Numbered from the stretch's first letter, positions 19,723 through 32,400 are shown. The stretch is 64,000 nt of DNA from Polyangiales bacterium (GCA_044229975.1 JBGARZ010000021.1:1-64000), one strand, 5' to 3'. Numbers and translations are program-made. Notes: generated from the sequence alone by a model not told the origin.

Positions 19723-20073
19723 GTGACCACGAACTCGAACGACCCGAAGGATGGAGCCCAGCGCCGCGAGCGGGCCGTTGCCGAAGGAGACGCGCTCCGC
19801 GCCAAGGCCGTGGAGCACGCCCGCTCGGTGGGAGAAGCCGTCGGGCTCGCCGACGCGCCTGTGTCACCCGACGCGCCGCCCGCCTATCCGGCGCCTCCGG
19901 TGCCCGCTCCGCCGTACCCGAAGCGCTCGCTGAAGGAGACGCTCCCCGCGACGCCCCGCGCGCTCGCTCGCCAGGTCGACGCCACCATCGCCGCCGCGCC
20001 CGTCGCGGTCGAGCCGCCGCCTCCCATGACGGAGACGGCGACCAACGCGCCTGACGACAAGCCCTCGACCTGA
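19723..20073 (+). CDS. Hypothetical Pro/Ala-rich protein
   Basis: GTG start after AAGGGAG; fills the gap between divergent and convergent neighbours. Confidence 0.5.
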   Translation: MTTNSNDPKDGAQRRERAVAEGDALRAKAVEHARSVGEAVGLADAPVSPDAPPAYPAPPVPAPPYPKRSLKETLPATPRALARQVDATIAAAPVAVEPPPPMTETATNAPDDKPST

Positions 20074-20074
20074 G

Positions 20075-21322
20075 CTACGGCCCGCCCGGCGCTGGGATGG
20101 GCACCATCGCGGGCCGATCGATCGGCAGCATGGCGGTGCGGTCGGGCATCGCCGCGAGCGTCACTTCGACCGTCATCGCCTGACCCTGTCGGAGCAGCTC
20201 GACCTGCGAGTGGTGACCGATGCCCGCCGACGACGCCAGCCACGGGAGCTGCGTGCTGTCGTGCACCTCCTGCCCATCGAAGCGGCGGATGACGTCGCCC
20301 GCGCGGATGCCCGCCGCCGCCGCCGGGCTGCTCGGCTCGACGTCCTGCACGAGCGCGCCGTGCGTGTCGGGCAGGTGCAGCCACTCGACCATGCGCTCCT
20401 CGACCGGACGGACGGAGGCGCCCAGCCACGAGCGGTTGACGTGTCCGTACTGCCGGAGCTGAGGCACGACGACGCGGGCCATGTTGATGGGGATCGCGAA
20501 GCCCACGCCCTGCGCCTCTCGGTGCACCGCGACGTTGATGCCGATGACCTCGCCGGCGAGGTTGAGCAGCGGCCCGCCGGAGTTGCCCGGGTTGATGCTC
20601 GCGTCGGTCTGGAGGAGGTTGCCGAAGTTGTTGCTGCCGAGGTTCACCTCGCGCCCCGTGCGGCCGATGGCGCTCACGATGCCCGCCGTGACCGTCTGCG
20701 ACAGCCCGTAGGGGTTGCCCATCGCGAGCACCCAATCGCCCACCGCGAGGCGGTCGCTGTCGCCGAGGCGCGCGGGGCGGAGGACCACGCCCGGCGCCTT
20801 CACGCGCAGCAGCGCCACGTCCAGACGCTCGTCGCGCCCAAGTACCTCGGCGGGGAACACGCGCCCGTCGTCGAGCGCGACGGCGATGTTCACCGCGTTG
20901 TCGATGACGTGGTTGTTGGTGAGGATCTCGCCGTTTTCCGAGATGAGAAAGCCGGTGCCGCGCCCCTGCGACACGCGCTCCTGCACGCCGTTGAAGCCGT
21001 ACTGCATCCCGACCAGCTCGCGGATGGTCGCGAACACGCTGACCACCGAGCCGCGCACCTCGCGCACCACAGGCGCGAAGGACGTGGGCGAGCCGGGCAT
21101 CGGCCCACCCTGCGGGGCGAGCGGCAGCACCGAGGCGTCGGGCGCGACGCGCTCGCTCGCGGGCTCGACGGCGACGGGCGTCGGCGGTCGGGCTGGGGCG
21201 GGCGCGGCGATGGGCGTGATGGCGGGATGCTCGCGACCTCGGCACGCCATGAAGGCGGGCAGCAGGACGAGGCCGAGGGCGACACCGTGGGGCAGACGGG
21301 CGGCGCGACGGGACATGAGCAC
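20075..21322 (-). CDS. HtrA/DegP-family trypsin-like serine protease with one PDZ domain (probable lipoprotein)
   Basis: [13 protein letters not shown] (His), LDVALL (Asp), [15 protein letters not shown] (Ser), [17 protein letters not shown] (PDZ); signal region ends AFMAC. Confidence 0.93.
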   Translation of the reverse strand: MLMSRRAARLPHGVALGLVLLPAFMACRGREHPAITPIAAPAPARPPTPVAVEPASERVAPDASVLPLAPQGGPMPGSPTSFAPVVREVRGSVVSVFATIRELVGMQYGFNGVQERVSQGRGTGFLISENGEILTNNHVIDNAVNIAVALDDGRVFPAEVLGRDERLDVALLRVKAPGVVLRPARLGDSDRLAVGDWVLAMGNPYGLSQTVTAGIVSAIGRTGREVNLGSNNFGNLLQTDASINPGNSGGPLLNLAGEVIGINVAVHREAQGVGFAIPINMARVVVPQLRQYGHVNRSWLGASVRPVEERMVEWLHLPDTHGALVQDVEPSSPAAAAGIRAGDVIRRFDGQEVHDSTQLPWLASSAGIGHHSQVELLRQGQAMTVEVTLAAMPDRTAMLPIDRPAMVPIPAPGGP

Positions 21323-21327
21323 GGGGC

Positions 21328-21657
21328 TTACCTCGCGATACGCTCAGCGACCTTGATGAACCGCATCCTCAGGTCGTAGATCACCTGGTGGAGCAGGCGC
21401 TCTTCCTCACCGGTGAGGTTTCCCTTCGTCTTGTCCTGGAGCATCGCGACGAGGTCGATGTGATGCCGGGCGAGGGGAAGATTGAGCTCGCCCTTGCGCC
21501 CCTCCGGGCCTTCGATCTCCCCGAGGTGCATCAGCGTGGCGGATGCCATGGAGAGGATGAAGGTGTTGAAGTCGATGGGAGGCATCGACTCGCCCACCTC
21601 GGGGAGGTGGGGATCTTCCGCGTGGGGGTGCTCTTCGGGGTCGTGCTCGTTGGACAT
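21328..21657 (-). CDS. DUF1844 family protein
   Basis: [49 protein letters not shown]. Confidence 0.85.
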   Translation of the reverse strand: MSNEHDPEEHPHAEDPHLPEVGESMPPIDFNTFILSMASATLMHLGEIEGPEGRKGELNLPLARHHIDLVAMLQDKTKGNLTGEEERLLHQVIYDLRMRFIKVAERIAR

Positions 21658-21714
21658 GGCTGAGGGCGGTAACACGAGCGGCGGTGAGCGTTCAACGCCG
21701 CGCCGTGTGATCGC

Positions 21715-21939
21715 TCAACCCTCGGCTTCGTCGGTCTCTTCCTCGACGTCGTCGTCGAGATCGTCCTCTTCCTCGTCCTCACCCAACCTGGCGGCCACGA
21801 CCTCGGCGTTGTCGGCCGTGTCGCCGAGCTGACGGAGGAAGGCCTCGTACTCCTCGCGGGTCACGATGCCCTTGCGGATGTTGCGCTCAACGACGCGGCG
21901 GTCGAGGAGCATGTCTCGGGGCGTGGAATCCTTGCGCAT
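21715..21939 (-). CDS. Small hypothetical protein with acidic tail
   Basis: LLDRRVVERNIRKGIVTREEYEAFLRQLGD plus D/E-rich tail; GGAGG upstream. Confidence 0.75.
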   Translation of the reverse strand: MRKDSTPRDMLLDRRVVERNIRKGIVTREEYEAFLRQLGDTADNAEVVAARLGEDEEEDDLDDDVEEETDEAEG

Positions 21940-22007
21940 CTTGGGTGTCGGCCTCCAGGCCGTCAGTGGTGAGATTGGGTGTGTTGGGCTTTGCGGGGCG
22001 GCGGACG

Positions 22008-23660
22008 CTACGAGCGAGGCGGGAGCGCGTCAAGGGTGCGCGCCGCCGCAGGCGCCACCGCGGCGAGGTGCAGGCGCAGCAGCTCACCCGCCCGGACCTT
22101 GTTGAGGGGAAGGCCTCGCATCTCGGGGCGTTCGGAGGCGCTCGTCACCGCGAGCTGGAGGTGCGCCCCGAACGCTTCGCACTCTACGACCAGCGCGTCG
22201 AGGGCGCGGTCATCAATGAAGTCCACGTCGGTGAGGGCGACGAGCGCGTGGGTGAGCCGGTCGCGCTGGGGGTAGAGCGTCTCGTACGCGAGCGCCTGAC
22301 CGAGCTCGCGGTAGTGGCGCAGGTAGTCGGTGATGAACTCGTGCGACGGCGCCGCCGACCACTGCTCCGCCGCGGCGCTGCGGGCCACCTTCGCCTTCGC
22401 CACGAACGCGCGGGTGATGAGCGCGAACACCCACGACCACTGTCGCGACTGCGACGTCGCGCCGCGTCGCGCGCTCGGGTCGCCGACAGCGCGCTCGGGG
22501 TCGCTGCCGGGGCGGAACACCTCCACCATGCGAAGCACCCCGTGCTGCAAGGTCTCGGTGATCTGCGCGGAGGCTTCCACGAAGGCGGCGAGCGCGTTGG
22601 GGTCGGCCTCGACGGCGCCGCACGGCGCGATGACCTGTTCGAGCGCGCGCCTCACCGAGGCACGGAGCGCGAGCACCGAGGCCGTCATGGCGGCGCGGCC
22701 CCGGCCGATCTGCTCGGTCTCCACGGTGAGGGCATCGAAGCGCGCGCGCACGTCGGGCGCGCTCAGGCGCAACACCTCGCGCTCCTGGGCGTCGGCGAGC
22801 ATCACCCCGGCGCGATCGCGGAGCACGTCGAGCAGCGCGTCGGACTCCGCCCGCAGCAGCGGGAGGAACACGTACGCCCGCGCCGGCTGCGTCGGGTCGG
22901 CCGCCGCGGCGGACATCATCTGCACCACCTTGAGCAGCCGGAAGTGCGAGAGGAACGTGAGCGACGCGAGCCGGTGCGCCGTGTCGGTCTCGCAGAGCTG
23001 GAGGCTCTCCAGCACCTCCGTCGAGCGGATGCGATCGAACTCGGGGCGAAACTCCAGCAGCGTGAGCGGGTTGAAGCACGCGTTGCGCTCGACCTCCCGC
23101 CGCAGCGCCACCAGCGCCGAGAAGAACACCCGGTGCGGCAGCGGCGTGACGCCCGCGAGGGCCCCGATGATCTCGCGCGCGACGCCGATGGCCGACCGCA
23201 GCGCGGCCAGGGACTCCACCGGCGTGAGCGTCGTCAGCTCGCGCCATGCTTCGGGGCGGGATGCCTCGCTGAAACCGATCGGGAGCTGGCGCGGCAGCGA
23301 GCCCGAGGGACGGCCCGCGCCGAGCAGCCGGTCGCACAGCGAGTGGGCGCGGGAGAGCGCGTCGAGGGCCACGCCGACGTGCGGACGGAAGTCGCGGTCG
23401 CGGATGCGAGCTTCACCGGGGCGCGACGGGTGCAGCCGCGGGTTGGCCCAGAGCACCAGGCCCTTGAGGCTCAGCTCCAGCTCGAGGAGGACGTCTTCCT
23501 TGCGTTCGAGGGAGAGGGCGGCGAGCCACGTCTCGCGGGCGACGGCCTGTTCGCGAGCGATGCCGCGGGTGTCGCGGAGGAGGTCGGCGTGCGGGTCGCG
23601 GAGTCTCCGCGGCGCGAGGTCGGTGCGCGCCGGGACGGAGACGCGGGGGCCGGTCGTCAT
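22008..23660 (-). CDS. Hypothetical all-helical protein, overlapping the ruvB stop codon
   Basis: 550-aa ORF with natural composition; ATGA overlap with ruvB. Confidence 0.75.
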   Translation of the reverse strand: MTTGPRVSVPARTDLAPRRLRDPHADLLRDTRGIAREQAVARETWLAALSLERKEDVLLELELSLKGLVLWANPRLHPSRPGEARIRDRDFRPHVGVALDALSRAHSLCDRLLGAGRPSGSLPRQLPIGFSEASRPEAWRELTTLTPVESLAALRSAIGVAREIIGALAGVTPLPHRVFFSALVALRREVERNACFNPLTLLEFRPEFDRIRSTEVLESLQLCETDTAHRLASLTFLSHFRLLKVVQMMSAAAADPTQPARAYVFLPLLRAESDALLDVLRDRAGVMLADAQEREVLRLSAPDVRARFDALTVETEQIGRGRAAMTASVLALRASVRRALEQVIAPCGAVEADPNALAAFVEASAQITETLQHGVLRMVEVFRPGSDPERAVGDPSARRGATSQSRQWSWVFALITRAFVAKAKVARSAAAEQWSAAPSHEFITDYLRHYRELGQALAYETLYPQRDRLTHALVALTDVDFIDDRALDALVVECEAFGAHLQLAVTSASERPEMRGLPLNKVRAGELLRLHLAAVAPAAARTLDALPPRS

Positions 23661-24733
23661 TCGAAGAGCGTACCCTGAGGGGCGGCCGCGGCAGTAGGCG
23701 GTTCGACACCCAGGTGCTCATACGCCCGGCGGGTCGCGACCCGCCCGCGCGGGGTGCGCGCCAGGAGGCCCTCGCGCAGCAGGAAGGGCTCGTGCACGTC
23801 TTCCAGGGTGTCGCGGGGCTCGGCCATCGCGGCCGCGAGCGTCTCGATGCCCGTCGGCCCGCCGTCGTAGAACTCCATCAAGATGCGGAGCAGCCGACGA
23901 TCCATCTCGTCGAGGCCGCGGCGGTCGACGCCCATGCGGGTGAGGGCGTGGCGCGCGGTGTCGAGGTCGATCTCGTCGAGGCCCTTCACCTCAGCGAAGT
24001 CCCAGGCGCGGCGGAGCAGCCGGTTGGCGATGCGGGGCGTGCCGCGGGCGCGTCGGGCGATCTCCATGGCGGCGTCGGGGGAGATGCCGGTGCCGAGCAG
24101 TCGCGCGCTGCGGCGGACGATCGCGCCGAGCTGCTCGGGTGTGTAGAAGTCGAGGCGCATCACGATGCCGAAGCGCGATTGCAGCGGGCCCGTGAGCAGG
24201 CCCGTGCGGGTGGTGGCGCCGACGAGCGTGAAGGGGTTGATGTTGAGCGGGATGGACGAGGCGTGCGCGCCGTCGCCCGTGACGAGGTCGATCTTGAAGT
24301 CCTCCATCGCGGGGTAGAGGTTTTCCTCCACCACGGGCGAGAGGCGGTGGATCTCGTCGATGAAGAGCAGGTCGCGCGTCTCCAGCCGCGTGAGCATGCC
24401 GGCGAGGGCGCCCTTGTGCTCGATGGCCGGGCCGCTGGTGGTGTGCGCGTGCACGCCGAGCTCGTTGGCCAGGATGAGCGCGAGGGTGGTCTTCCCAAGT
24501 CCGGGCGGGCCCGAGATGAGCACGTGGTCGAGCGGGCGGTTGCGCTTGCGGGCAGCGGCGACGAAGACCTTGAGGTTCTCCCGCTCGTCGTCCTGCCCGA
24601 TGTACTCGTCGAGGGTGGTGGGGCGCAGCGCGAGGTCGAGCCGCGTGTCGTCGTCGGAGGTGACCACCGCCGCGGTCACCTCGACGGGCGCGGCGACCAC
24701 GGGAGCAGGAGCGTTTTTCTTGCGGGGGGCCAT
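23657..24733 (-). CDS. ruvB: Holliday junction branch migration helicase RuvB
   Basis: [12 protein letters not shown], Walker [30 protein letters not shown] and [13 protein letters not shown]. Start at ATG 24733. Confidence 0.97.
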   Translation of the reverse strand: MAPRKKNAPAPVVAAPVEVTAAVVTSDDDTRLDLALRPTTLDEYIGQDDERENLKVFVAAARKRNRPLDHVLISGPPGLGKTTLALILANELGVHAHTTSGPAIEHKGALAGMLTRLETRDLLFIDEIHRLSPVVEENLYPAMEDFKIDLVTGDGAHASSIPLNINPFTLVGATTRTGLLTGPLQSRFGIVMRLDFYTPEQLGAIVRRSARLLGTGISPDAAMEIARRARGTPRIANRLLRRAWDFAEVKGLDEIDLDTARHALTRMGVDRRGLDEMDRRLLRILMEFYDGGPTGIETLAAAMAEPRDTLEDVHEPFLLREGLLARTPRGRVATRRAYEHLGVEPPTAAAAPQGTLFE

Positions 24734-24801
24734 ACGCCCGCGAGTGTACCCGAAGGCACCGCCGCGCCAATGCGGCGCGCGAGCCGTCGGGACATTGACT
24801 G

Positions 24802-25707
24802 TCAGCCCGTCGGGCGGAGCTGATAGATGATGGTGACGACCAGCAGCGCCCAGCCCAGCACGGTGAGCACGAAGGGAACGTCGCGGAGCATGGCGTCGGT
24901 GGGCGACTCGCCGTCCTTCGAGCGGAGCAGCTTCACGAAGCGGGTCATCGCGACGAGCACCAATGAGGTGGTGACCCAGAGGTATTTCTTCGCGGGGCGG
25001 AGCTGCTCGGGCGGGTCGAGGGTCCACGCGAGGTACACGCCGACGGTGAGGAGCGCGAAGGTCCAGAGGAGCGCGCGGAGGGCCTTCGGGTCGTACGAGC
25101 GGAGGGCGCTGCGGGAGCGGGACTCGTTGACGGCGAGCTCGTGGGCGCGCTTGCCGAAGCCTTGAAACAGCGAGAGGAAGCCGGTGCTCAGCAGGAGGTA
25201 GAGCGAGGGGTGCACCGGGTGCGCGGGGGTCGAGACGGCGTACGATCCCGCGACCACGCGGAGCACGAAGCCCGCGGCGATGCAGACCACGTCGAGGTAC
25301 GCCACTTGTTTGAGACGAAGCGAGTACGCGAGGTTGAGGGTGACGTAGGCGAGGGCGGCGGCGCCGACACCGAGGTCGATGGCGAAGGCGCCCGCGAGCG
25401 CGCCCACGACCAGCACCAGCGAGGCGACCTTCGCGACGGACTCGGGAACTTCCCCCGACGCGACGGGTCTCAGGCGCTTGGTCGGATGGCGGCGGTCGTC
25501 TTCGACGTCGACGAGGTCGTTGATGGTGTAGACCGCCCCGGAGAGCATCGAAAACGCCGCCACGGCGGCCAGCGCGCGGAGCAGTACCGGCTCATGGAAG
25601 AGATCCTTCGCAAAGACCACCGGCGCCAGCACGAAGAGGTTCTTCACCCACTGCTTGGGTCGGAGCGACTTGATGAGACCAAGGAGGATCAAGGCGGCGG
25701 CGGACAC
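24802..25707 (-). CDS. UbiA-family prenyltransferase (decaprenyl-phosphate phosphoribosyltransferase-like); start 25707 or 25692
   Basis: [51 protein letters not shown] and FGKR. Confidence 0.9.
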   Translation of the reverse strand: MSAAALILLGLIKSLRPKQWVKNLFVLAPVVFAKDLFHEPVLLRALAAVAAFSMLSGAVYTINDLVDVEDDRRHPTKRLRPVASGEVPESVAKVASLVLVVGALAGAFAIDLGVGAAALAYVTLNLAYSLRLKQVAYLDVVCIAAGFVLRVVAGSYAVSTPAHPVHPSLYLLLSTGFLSLFQGFGKRAHELAVNESRSRSALRSYDPKALRALLWTFALLTVGVYLAWTLDPPEQLRPAKKYLWVTTSLVLVAMTRFVKLLRSKDGESPTDAMLRDVPFVLTVLGWALLVVTIIYQLRPTG

Positions 25708-25731
25708 TACCCGCGGCCCCGGAGGGTGTCC

Positions 25732-28700
25732 ATGCGTTGTGTGAGCGCCCTGGCCGCTGCGCTCGTCGTGGCAACTGCTGCGGCTCCGGTGCAGGCGACC
25801 CCCGAAGACGACCTCGCGGCGGCGCCCACCGCCGCCCACTCGCGCGACCCCGTCGAGGCAGAGCTGGCGGTGCTGCGTCTGCGGGGTTTGCGCGACTGGA
25901 TCGATCCTTCGCGGCTGCTTACGGTGACCCGCGCGCTCTCCACCGATACCTCCGTGGTGACCTCGGCGCGTGCGCTCGCGACCTTCGTGACGGCCGAACT
26001 CCACCGCGACCTCGGGCAGGTCGCTGCGGCCGATCGCGCCGCGTCGTCGCTCGGGTTCATCACGCGCTGGCTCGTCGCGGGGCCCTTCGACAACGAGGGG
26101 CGCGCCGGCCTCGACCGGGTCGGTCCTCCCGAAGAGCAGCGCTACGCGGCCATCGATCCGGCGGTTGCCTTCGAGGGGCAGGCGCGCCCGGTGCGCTGGC
26201 GGTCGATGCCCGAGCTGACGACGCTGGCGAGGGTTCCGCTCGACGCGATGGTGCGGCCGAGCGTCAACGCGTGCGCCTACGCACACACCACCGTGCGCGT
26301 CGCGACGGCCTCGCCCGCGCTCTTCCACATCGGCGCGAGCGGGGCGGTGCGCGCTTGGATCGACGGCCGCGAGGTGCTGCGCGACCCGTCGGTGCGGCGG
26401 GCGTTTCCTGACCGCGAGGCGATCCCGGTGACGCTCATGGCCGGCGCGCACCGGGTGCTCGTGAAGGTGTGCACCGACGAGCGCGGCCTGGCTTTCTACG
26501 CGCGGTTTACGCGGCCCGATGGGAGCCGCCTCAACGTGGCGGTGGACAGCGACCCGGCGGTGGCTCCGGTGCTGACGGCGCCGGTCGGCGACGCGCCCGC
26601 GGTGCCAACTTCACGCAGCACCTTTGCGCGGCTGCGAACGCTGGCCGACCACTCCACGCGCCCCGACGACCTCGAACGCATCGCGCGCTTTCTCGCGATG
26701 ACGGGCTCGGACGACGCCAACGACGCCCACGCGGCGGACTTTGCCGAGCGGGCCGCGCGGGGCGCTCCGACCACGGCGCGGTGGCTCTTCGCGGCGGCGA
26801 CCACCAACGAGCGCGGCCGACGCATGGAGGCGTTGCGACGGGCATACGCGCTCGCGCCGACGGACCCGGCCGTGCTGCTCGCCATCGGTCGCGATCGGCG
26901 CGGTGGTGGGTACGCCGAGGAGGCGCTGCCGTACCTGGAGGCGTCGCTGCGCGCCGACGACCTCGGGCTGGAGGCGGCCATCGAGCACGCGCGGGTGCTC
27001 GAAGCCATCGGGCTGCCGCTTGCTGGTTTCGAAGAGCTCGCGGCGCTCGTCGCCCGCGCGCCGCGATCGCCCGCGGTGATTCGCGCGGCCATGCACATGG
27101 CCGAGCGCGCCCAGCAGGGGGCCTCGGCGCAGCGGTTTCGGCGGGCGCTGTCTACGGTGCGCGCGGGTGATGCCGAGCCGTGGGAGGCCCTCGCGCGAGA
27201 TGCGCGGCAGCGCGGTGATCGGGCGGCGGTGGCGGCCCTCGCGGACGAGCTCGTCGGGCTCGATCGCGGACGACTCGACGCGTACTCGATGTCGGCCGAG
27301 TTGTTGGAATCGGTGGGGGAGGGCGATCGCGCGGTGGCGACGTTGGCGCGAGCGTTGGAGATCGCGCCCGAAGAGCCCGCGCTCTGGAGCGCGAAGGGTT
27401 CGTTGGAGGAGCGCCTCGGTCGGGTCGACGCGGCCCGCGAGTCACTCCAGCGGGCGCTGGCGCTGCGGCCGCAGGACGCGTCCATCCGCCAACACCTGGA
27501 GGCGCTGGCTCCGGCGCAGGAGCGGCCCGACGAAGCCGACGCCGAAGCGTCCGCGGCCTTCCTCGCGCGCCGCGGCGCGGTCGACGCGGCGGAGAGCTTC
27601 CACGTCGCGACGCTCACCGAGCTCACCGGGCGCACCGTCTACGCCAACGGTCTGTCGGGAACGTTCCGGCAGATTGCGTACGAGGTTCGCACCGCGCAGG
27701 GAGCGCGCGACGGGCGTGCGTACACGATGCAGTACGACCCCGACGCCCAGCGGTTTGCGCTGCGGGCGGCGCGCGTCTACCGCCGCGACGGGGGCGTGCA
27801 GGAGGGAACGCAGGTGCAGGAGTTCAACTCGTCGAGCGACCCTTCGGCGCGGATGTACTTCTCCAACCGCGTGGTGCAGGTGACCTTCCCCGACCTGCGG
27901 CCGGGCGACGTGGTGGAGCTGCAGTGGCGCGTCGACGACGTCTCGCCCCGCAACGCCTTCGCCGACTACTTCGGGGACTTCCAGTTCGTGCAGGCCAACG
28001 TGCCGCGCGCGAAGTGGCGCTACGTGCTTCGCGCGCCGACGCGGCGGGAGATGTTCGTCCACACGGCGCCGCTGCCCGAGGGGCGCTCGGTCGCGGCGGA
28101 GTCGCGCGTCGACGGCGATGTCACGGTTCGCACCTGGACGGCCGACAACGTCCCCGCGGTCGCGCCGGAAGACCACGCGCCCGGGTACGCCGAGCGCGCC
28201 GCCTATCTGCACGTGAGCACCTACCGCGACTGGGCCTCGGTCGGTCGCTGGTACTGGGGCCTCGTGCGCGACCAGCTCGTGGCCGACGATCGGCTGCGCG
28301 CGGTGGTGCGCGAGGTGACCCGCGGGCTCACCGACGAGCGCGCGAAGGTGCGCGCCATCTACAACTGGGTCATCGAACACACCCGCTACGTGGCGTTGGA
28401 GTTCGGCATCCACGGATTCAAGCCGTACCTGGTGCCGCAGATCTGCGCGCGGGGCTTCGGCGACTGCAAGGACAAGGCTTCGGTCATCGTCACCATGCTG
28501 CGCGAGGCCGGCATCGACGCGTCGATGGTGCTCCTGCGCACCCGCAACAACGGCAACATCGCGACGGAGCCCGCGTCGCTCGCGGTGTTCGATCACGCCA
28601 TCGCGTACGTGCCGTCGCTCGACCTCTTCCTCGACGGCACCGCGCAGCACAGCGGCGTCGACGAGCTCCCGGGCGGTGATCAGGGCGTGATGGCACTCCT

Positions 28701-29415
28701 CGTCAACCAGCGCGGCGAGGCGCGCCTCGTCGAGACGCCCGTGTACACGCCCGATCGCAACCGCACCGTGGCGACCGCGGAGGTCACGCTGCGCGCCGAC
28801 GGCAGCGCGTCGATGACGGTGAGCCAGGAGCTGCGCGGCCCCAACGCGGCGGGCGTTCGCAACGTGCTGGAGGCGCAGGCCACCCGCGTCGAGCGCATCG
28901 AGGACGACCTGCGCGAGCTGCTCCCCGGCGTGCGGGTCACGTCGGTTCGCGCGGAGGGCCTCGATGACGTCGAGCGCCCGGTGCGCCTCACCTACGAGGC
29001 GACCATCCCGACCATCGGGACGCGACAGGGCGACTCGACGCTGCTCTACGGCGCCTCGCCCATCAACCTCACGCGACGCTTCGCGACGCGGTCGTCGCGC
29101 GCCCACGACCTGGTGCTGGGGATTCCGAGCACCGTCGAGGAGACGCGCACCATCCACCTCCCGCCGGGCGGAACGGTCGTGGAGGTTCCGCCGCCCGTTC
29201 GGCTGGAGGGGCCCTTCGGGCGCTTCGAGTACGGCATCACGGCGCAGGGCTCGACGCTCACCGTTCGCCGCGTGACGGTGCTCTCGCGCGATCGGGTGCA
29301 TCCCAATGAGTACGGGGCGTTTCGTGAGTTCTGCCAGGCCGTCGACGATGCCGTCGCGCGGCGCATGGTGCTGCGCCTGCCGGGCGCCCGCCCCGCGGCG
29401 GAGGTGAGCCGATGA
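25732..29415 (+). CDS. Secreted TPR + DUF3857 + transglutaminase-like protein (catalytic triad intact)
   Basis: Signal peptide MRCVSALAAALVVATAAAPVQA, WLVAGPF beta-domain, TPRs, FPDLRPGDVVE, then GDCKDKA (Cys), FDHAI (His) and LDGT (Asp). SD GGAGGG. Confidence 0.85.
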   Translation: MRCVSALAAALVVATAAAPVQATPEDDLAAAPTAAHSRDPVEAELAVLRLRGLRDWIDPSRLLTVTRALSTDTSVVTSARALATFVTAELHRDLGQVAAADRAASSLGFITRWLVAGPFDNEGRAGLDRVGPPEEQRYAAIDPAVAFEGQARPVRWRSMPELTTLARVPLDAMVRPSVNACAYAHTTVRVATASPALFHIGASGAVRAWIDGREVLRDPSVRRAFPDREAIPVTLMAGAHRVLVKVCTDERGLAFYARFTRPDGSRLNVAVDSDPAVAPVLTAPVGDAPAVPTSRSTFARLRTLADHSTRPDDLERIARFLAMTGSDDANDAHAADFAERAARGAPTTARWLFAAATTNERGRRMEALRRAYALAPTDPAVLLAIGRDRRGGGYAEEALPYLEASLRADDLGLEAAIEHARVLEAIGLPLAGFEELAALVARAPRSPAVIRAAMHMAERAQQGASAQRFRRALSTVRAGDAEPWEALARDARQRGDRAAVAALADELVGLDRGRLDAYSMSAELLESVGEGDRAVATLARALEIAPEEPALWSAKGSLEERLGRVDAARESLQRALALRPQDASIRQHLEALAPAQERPDEADAEASAAFLARRGAVDAAESFHVATLTELTGRTVYANGLSGTFRQIAYEVRTAQGARDGRAYTMQYDPDAQRFALRAARVYRRDGGVQEGTQVQEFNSSSDPSARMYFSNRVVQVTFPDLRPGDVVELQWRVDDVSPRNAFADYFGDFQFVQANVPRAKWRYVLRAPTRREMFVHTAPLPEGRSVAAESRVDGDVTVRTWTADNVPAVAPEDHAPGYAERAAYLHVSTYRDWASVGRWYWGLVRDQLVADDRLRAVVREVTRGLTDERAKVRAIYNWVIEHTRYVALEFGIHGFKPYLVPQICARGFGDCKDKASVIVTMLREAGIDASMVLLRTRNNGNIATEPASLAVFDHAIAYVPSLDLFLDGTAQHSGVDELPGGDQGVMALLVNQRGEARLVETPVYTPDRNRTVATAEVTLRADGSASMTVSQELRGPNAAGVRNVLEAQATRVERIEDDLRELLPGVRVTSVRAEGLDDVERPVRLTYEATIPTIGTRQGDSTLLYGASPINLTRRFATRSSRAHDLVLGIPSTVEETRTIHLPPGGTVVEVPPPVRLEGPFGRFEYGITAQGSTLTVRRVTVLSRDRVHPNEYGAFREFCQAVDDAVARRMVLRLPGARPAAEVSR

Positions 29416-32400
29416 AGCGATCGATGAAGGTGCGCGCCGGGCTCTCGCTCGCGCTGGTGTTGTCGGCGTGCAGTCACCGAGCGACTACCGCCACCGCTCC
29501 GTCCCTCGCGACGCTCCGTCGACGGGCCGCGTCCGCGGCGCCCGACTCGCCCGCGGCCATCGACGCCGCGCTCGCCGAGCTGGTCGCTCCCGGTGGGACG
29601 CTCGCCACGGCCACCACGCAGATCGACGCCCTCGCGCGCAGCCGACCGGGTGACCCGCGGGTGCGCTTCGCCGAAGGGCTCATCGCCTCGCAGCACGGTG
29701 ACTTCGAGCGGGCGCTCGTCGCGTGGTGCGCCACCGTCGAAGCAGCGCGCCACAGCGACGACCCCATGGCGCCGACCATCGCCGAGGCCGTGGTGCCCAA
29801 GCTGGTCTCGCTGCGCGGCGACGTGCGGGACTTCGCCACGCCCTTCCGAACGGTGGTGGACGCGGTCGCGGCCGACCCGGGTCGCATGGGCGCGGCGGCG
29901 GCGACGGAGCTGCTCGAAACCGCCGTCCGCTGGGCGCGCGAGAGCGGCGACCGCGAGGCCGCCACCCGCTGGATCACCGCCTCGGGCTGCGTCACCGGTT
30001 GGACCGTCGCGGGCCCGTTCGGTCCGCTCCCGATGCTGCGCTTCGACGAGACGCTCGGCCCCGACGGCACCGGACCTCTCCAGGCCGCGTACGACCTCGG
30101 ATCGGGCCGCGGCCTCCAGCCGACCTACCCGGTGCGGGCCAGAGGGTGCGCGACCAACCTCGGGCGCGGCATCACGCTCACTGGTGTGCTCTTCGCCTCG
30201 ACGGACTTCACGCTCCCGCGCGAGCAGTCAGTGTCCGTCCGGGTCGAGTCGCCCAACCTCTTTGCCGTGCTCGTCGATGGTGTCGCGGTGACCGGCATCG
30301 ACCCGCGGCGCTCGGCCGTCGGCGCCGTCGCCGAGGCGCGCATCCATCTCAGCGCCGGAGCCCACACGCTGCGCGTCAAGGTTGCCAGCACCTACCACTC
30401 GCCCCTGGTCATCGCGACGGTGACCGACCTCACGGGGCGGCCCGTTGCGACGTTCTCCGCGCCGCAGCGCTCGGCCGCGCCGGTTCCGCCGAGGGTGTTG
30501 CCCGTGGCGGTGTCGCCCGCGGACGATGCCTTCCTCCCGACGTCGTCGCTCGGCGTCTTCGATCGCTACGTGCTGGCCGAGCTGGCCTTCTCGCGGCGAC
30601 ACCCCATTGCGGCGCGCGAGCTGCTGCGTGGGCTCACGGGCGAGACGGCCACGCCCACGACGCTCATCGCGTGGGGCTCGGTGGCGCAGGCTGATCCGTT
30701 CGTCCCGCCGGCGCAGTCGAGGGACCGCGCACGCGACGCCTTCGAGCGGGCGGGCCGTGGTGATGCGCAGGCGTACTTCCCGGCGCTCGCGTTGGCGCGC
30801 ATGGCGGCCGAGGACGAGCGCGGCGACGAGGCGCTCACCCAGTCGCGCGCGGCGGCGCGGCGCTTTCCCGACAACCCCGAGGTGCTCTCCGACCTCGCCA
30901 CGCGGCTCATGGACCGAAGCTGGGACGGCGAAGCGCGGGCCGTGGTCGAGCGCGTGCGTCAGCAGCTTCCGCAGGCGTGCTGGTCGGCGCGCATGATGCT
31001 CTCGCTGGCCCAGCGTCACGGCGACGGCGCGGCCGAAGCGGCGCTCGCGGACGACATCCGACGGTGCGACGCGCTGTCCGACTCGCCCGCCTCGGTGGCG
31101 CTGCGGATGCGGCGCTTCGACGTGGCGGGGCGCGAGTACGCGCGGCTGTTGGAAGATGATCCCGAGGGCCGCGGTCTGCGCCGCGCGCAGGTCGAGCTGT
31201 TGCGCGCGAGCGGGCGTCGCGACGAAGCGCGCGCGGCGGCCCGAGAGCTGCTCGCGCAGATGCCCGAGGATGATGCGCTGCGGGCCGACCTCGCCGACAT
31301 GGACGTCGCTGCGGGGCTCACCGGAGAGGCGCGGGCGACGCTCGACCGTGAGCTCGCGACGAGGCCGGCGGAGCTTGCGTCGCTCTATCGGATGCGGGCA
31401 TTTCTCGCGGGGCGCGAAGACCTCCAGCCGTGGCGGCTCGACGGTCGTCGGGTGCTGCGTGACTTCGAGGCGTCGGGGCACACCTACGAGAGCGCGGCGG
31501 TGCTGGTGCTCGACTACACCGTGCGGCGCGCGTACCCCGATGGCTCGGCGCTGGAGCTCACCCACAACGTCGTGCGGGTGCAGACGCAGGAGGGGGCTGA
31601 TGCGTTCGGGGAGTTCCAGTTGCCCGATGGGGCGACGCTGTGGCGCATCCGCACGCTGAAGGCCGACGGGCGGGTGCTGGAGCCCGAGGAGATCGCGGGC
31701 AAGGACTCGCTGTCGCTGCCCGACCTGCGGCCCGGTGACGCGATGGAGTTTGAGTACGTGCGCGTGCTGCCGCCCTCCGACGCGGCGCCCGGTGGCTTCT
31801 CCTCCGAGCGCTTCTACTTCCGTGGCTTCGAGGTCCCGTACGACCGCACGGAGTACGTCTCGGTGGTGCCCCGCGAGATGGACCTCGTCATCGACCCGCG
31901 CGGCCCGGCGCCCGCGACCGAACGCAACGAGCGCGGCGGGCTCATCGAGTACCGCTGGATGCTCCGACAGAGCGATCGCATGACCCCGGAGCCGCGGTCG
32001 GTGATGGCGCGCGAGTTCATCCCCAGTGTCGCCACGGGCTTCGGCGCAACGTGGGAGCGCCTCGTCGACGCCCTCCGTTCACGCCTCGTCGAGCAGGACC
32101 CGGCCGACCCCGAGGCGCTCGCCCTCGCGCGGCAGATCACGCGCGCCGCGCGCACGCCCACCGAGCGGCTGCGGGCGCTGCACCACTGGGTGCTCGACAA
32201 CATCCAACAGGAAGGCGCCGGAACCCCCTTCGAGCTCGCGCCCCGCATGCTCGCGGCCCGGGCGGGTCATCGCACACGGGTGCTCTGCTACCTGCTCAAG
32301 CAGGTGGATGTCCCGTGCGAGCTGTCGCTGGTGCGCCAGGGCAGCGCCGACTCGACGCGCTCGCAGCTCGCCGACGACGAGACCTACCAGTCACTGCTCC

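Noticed and set aside
25141..25731. N-terminal extensions in the ORF track (also 2151-2207, 24734-25027, 49751-49990, 57087-57812, 62911-63051)
   Set aside because: Most overlap real genes on another strand or frame; downstream starts match family N-termini, signal peptides or SD/-10 motifs.
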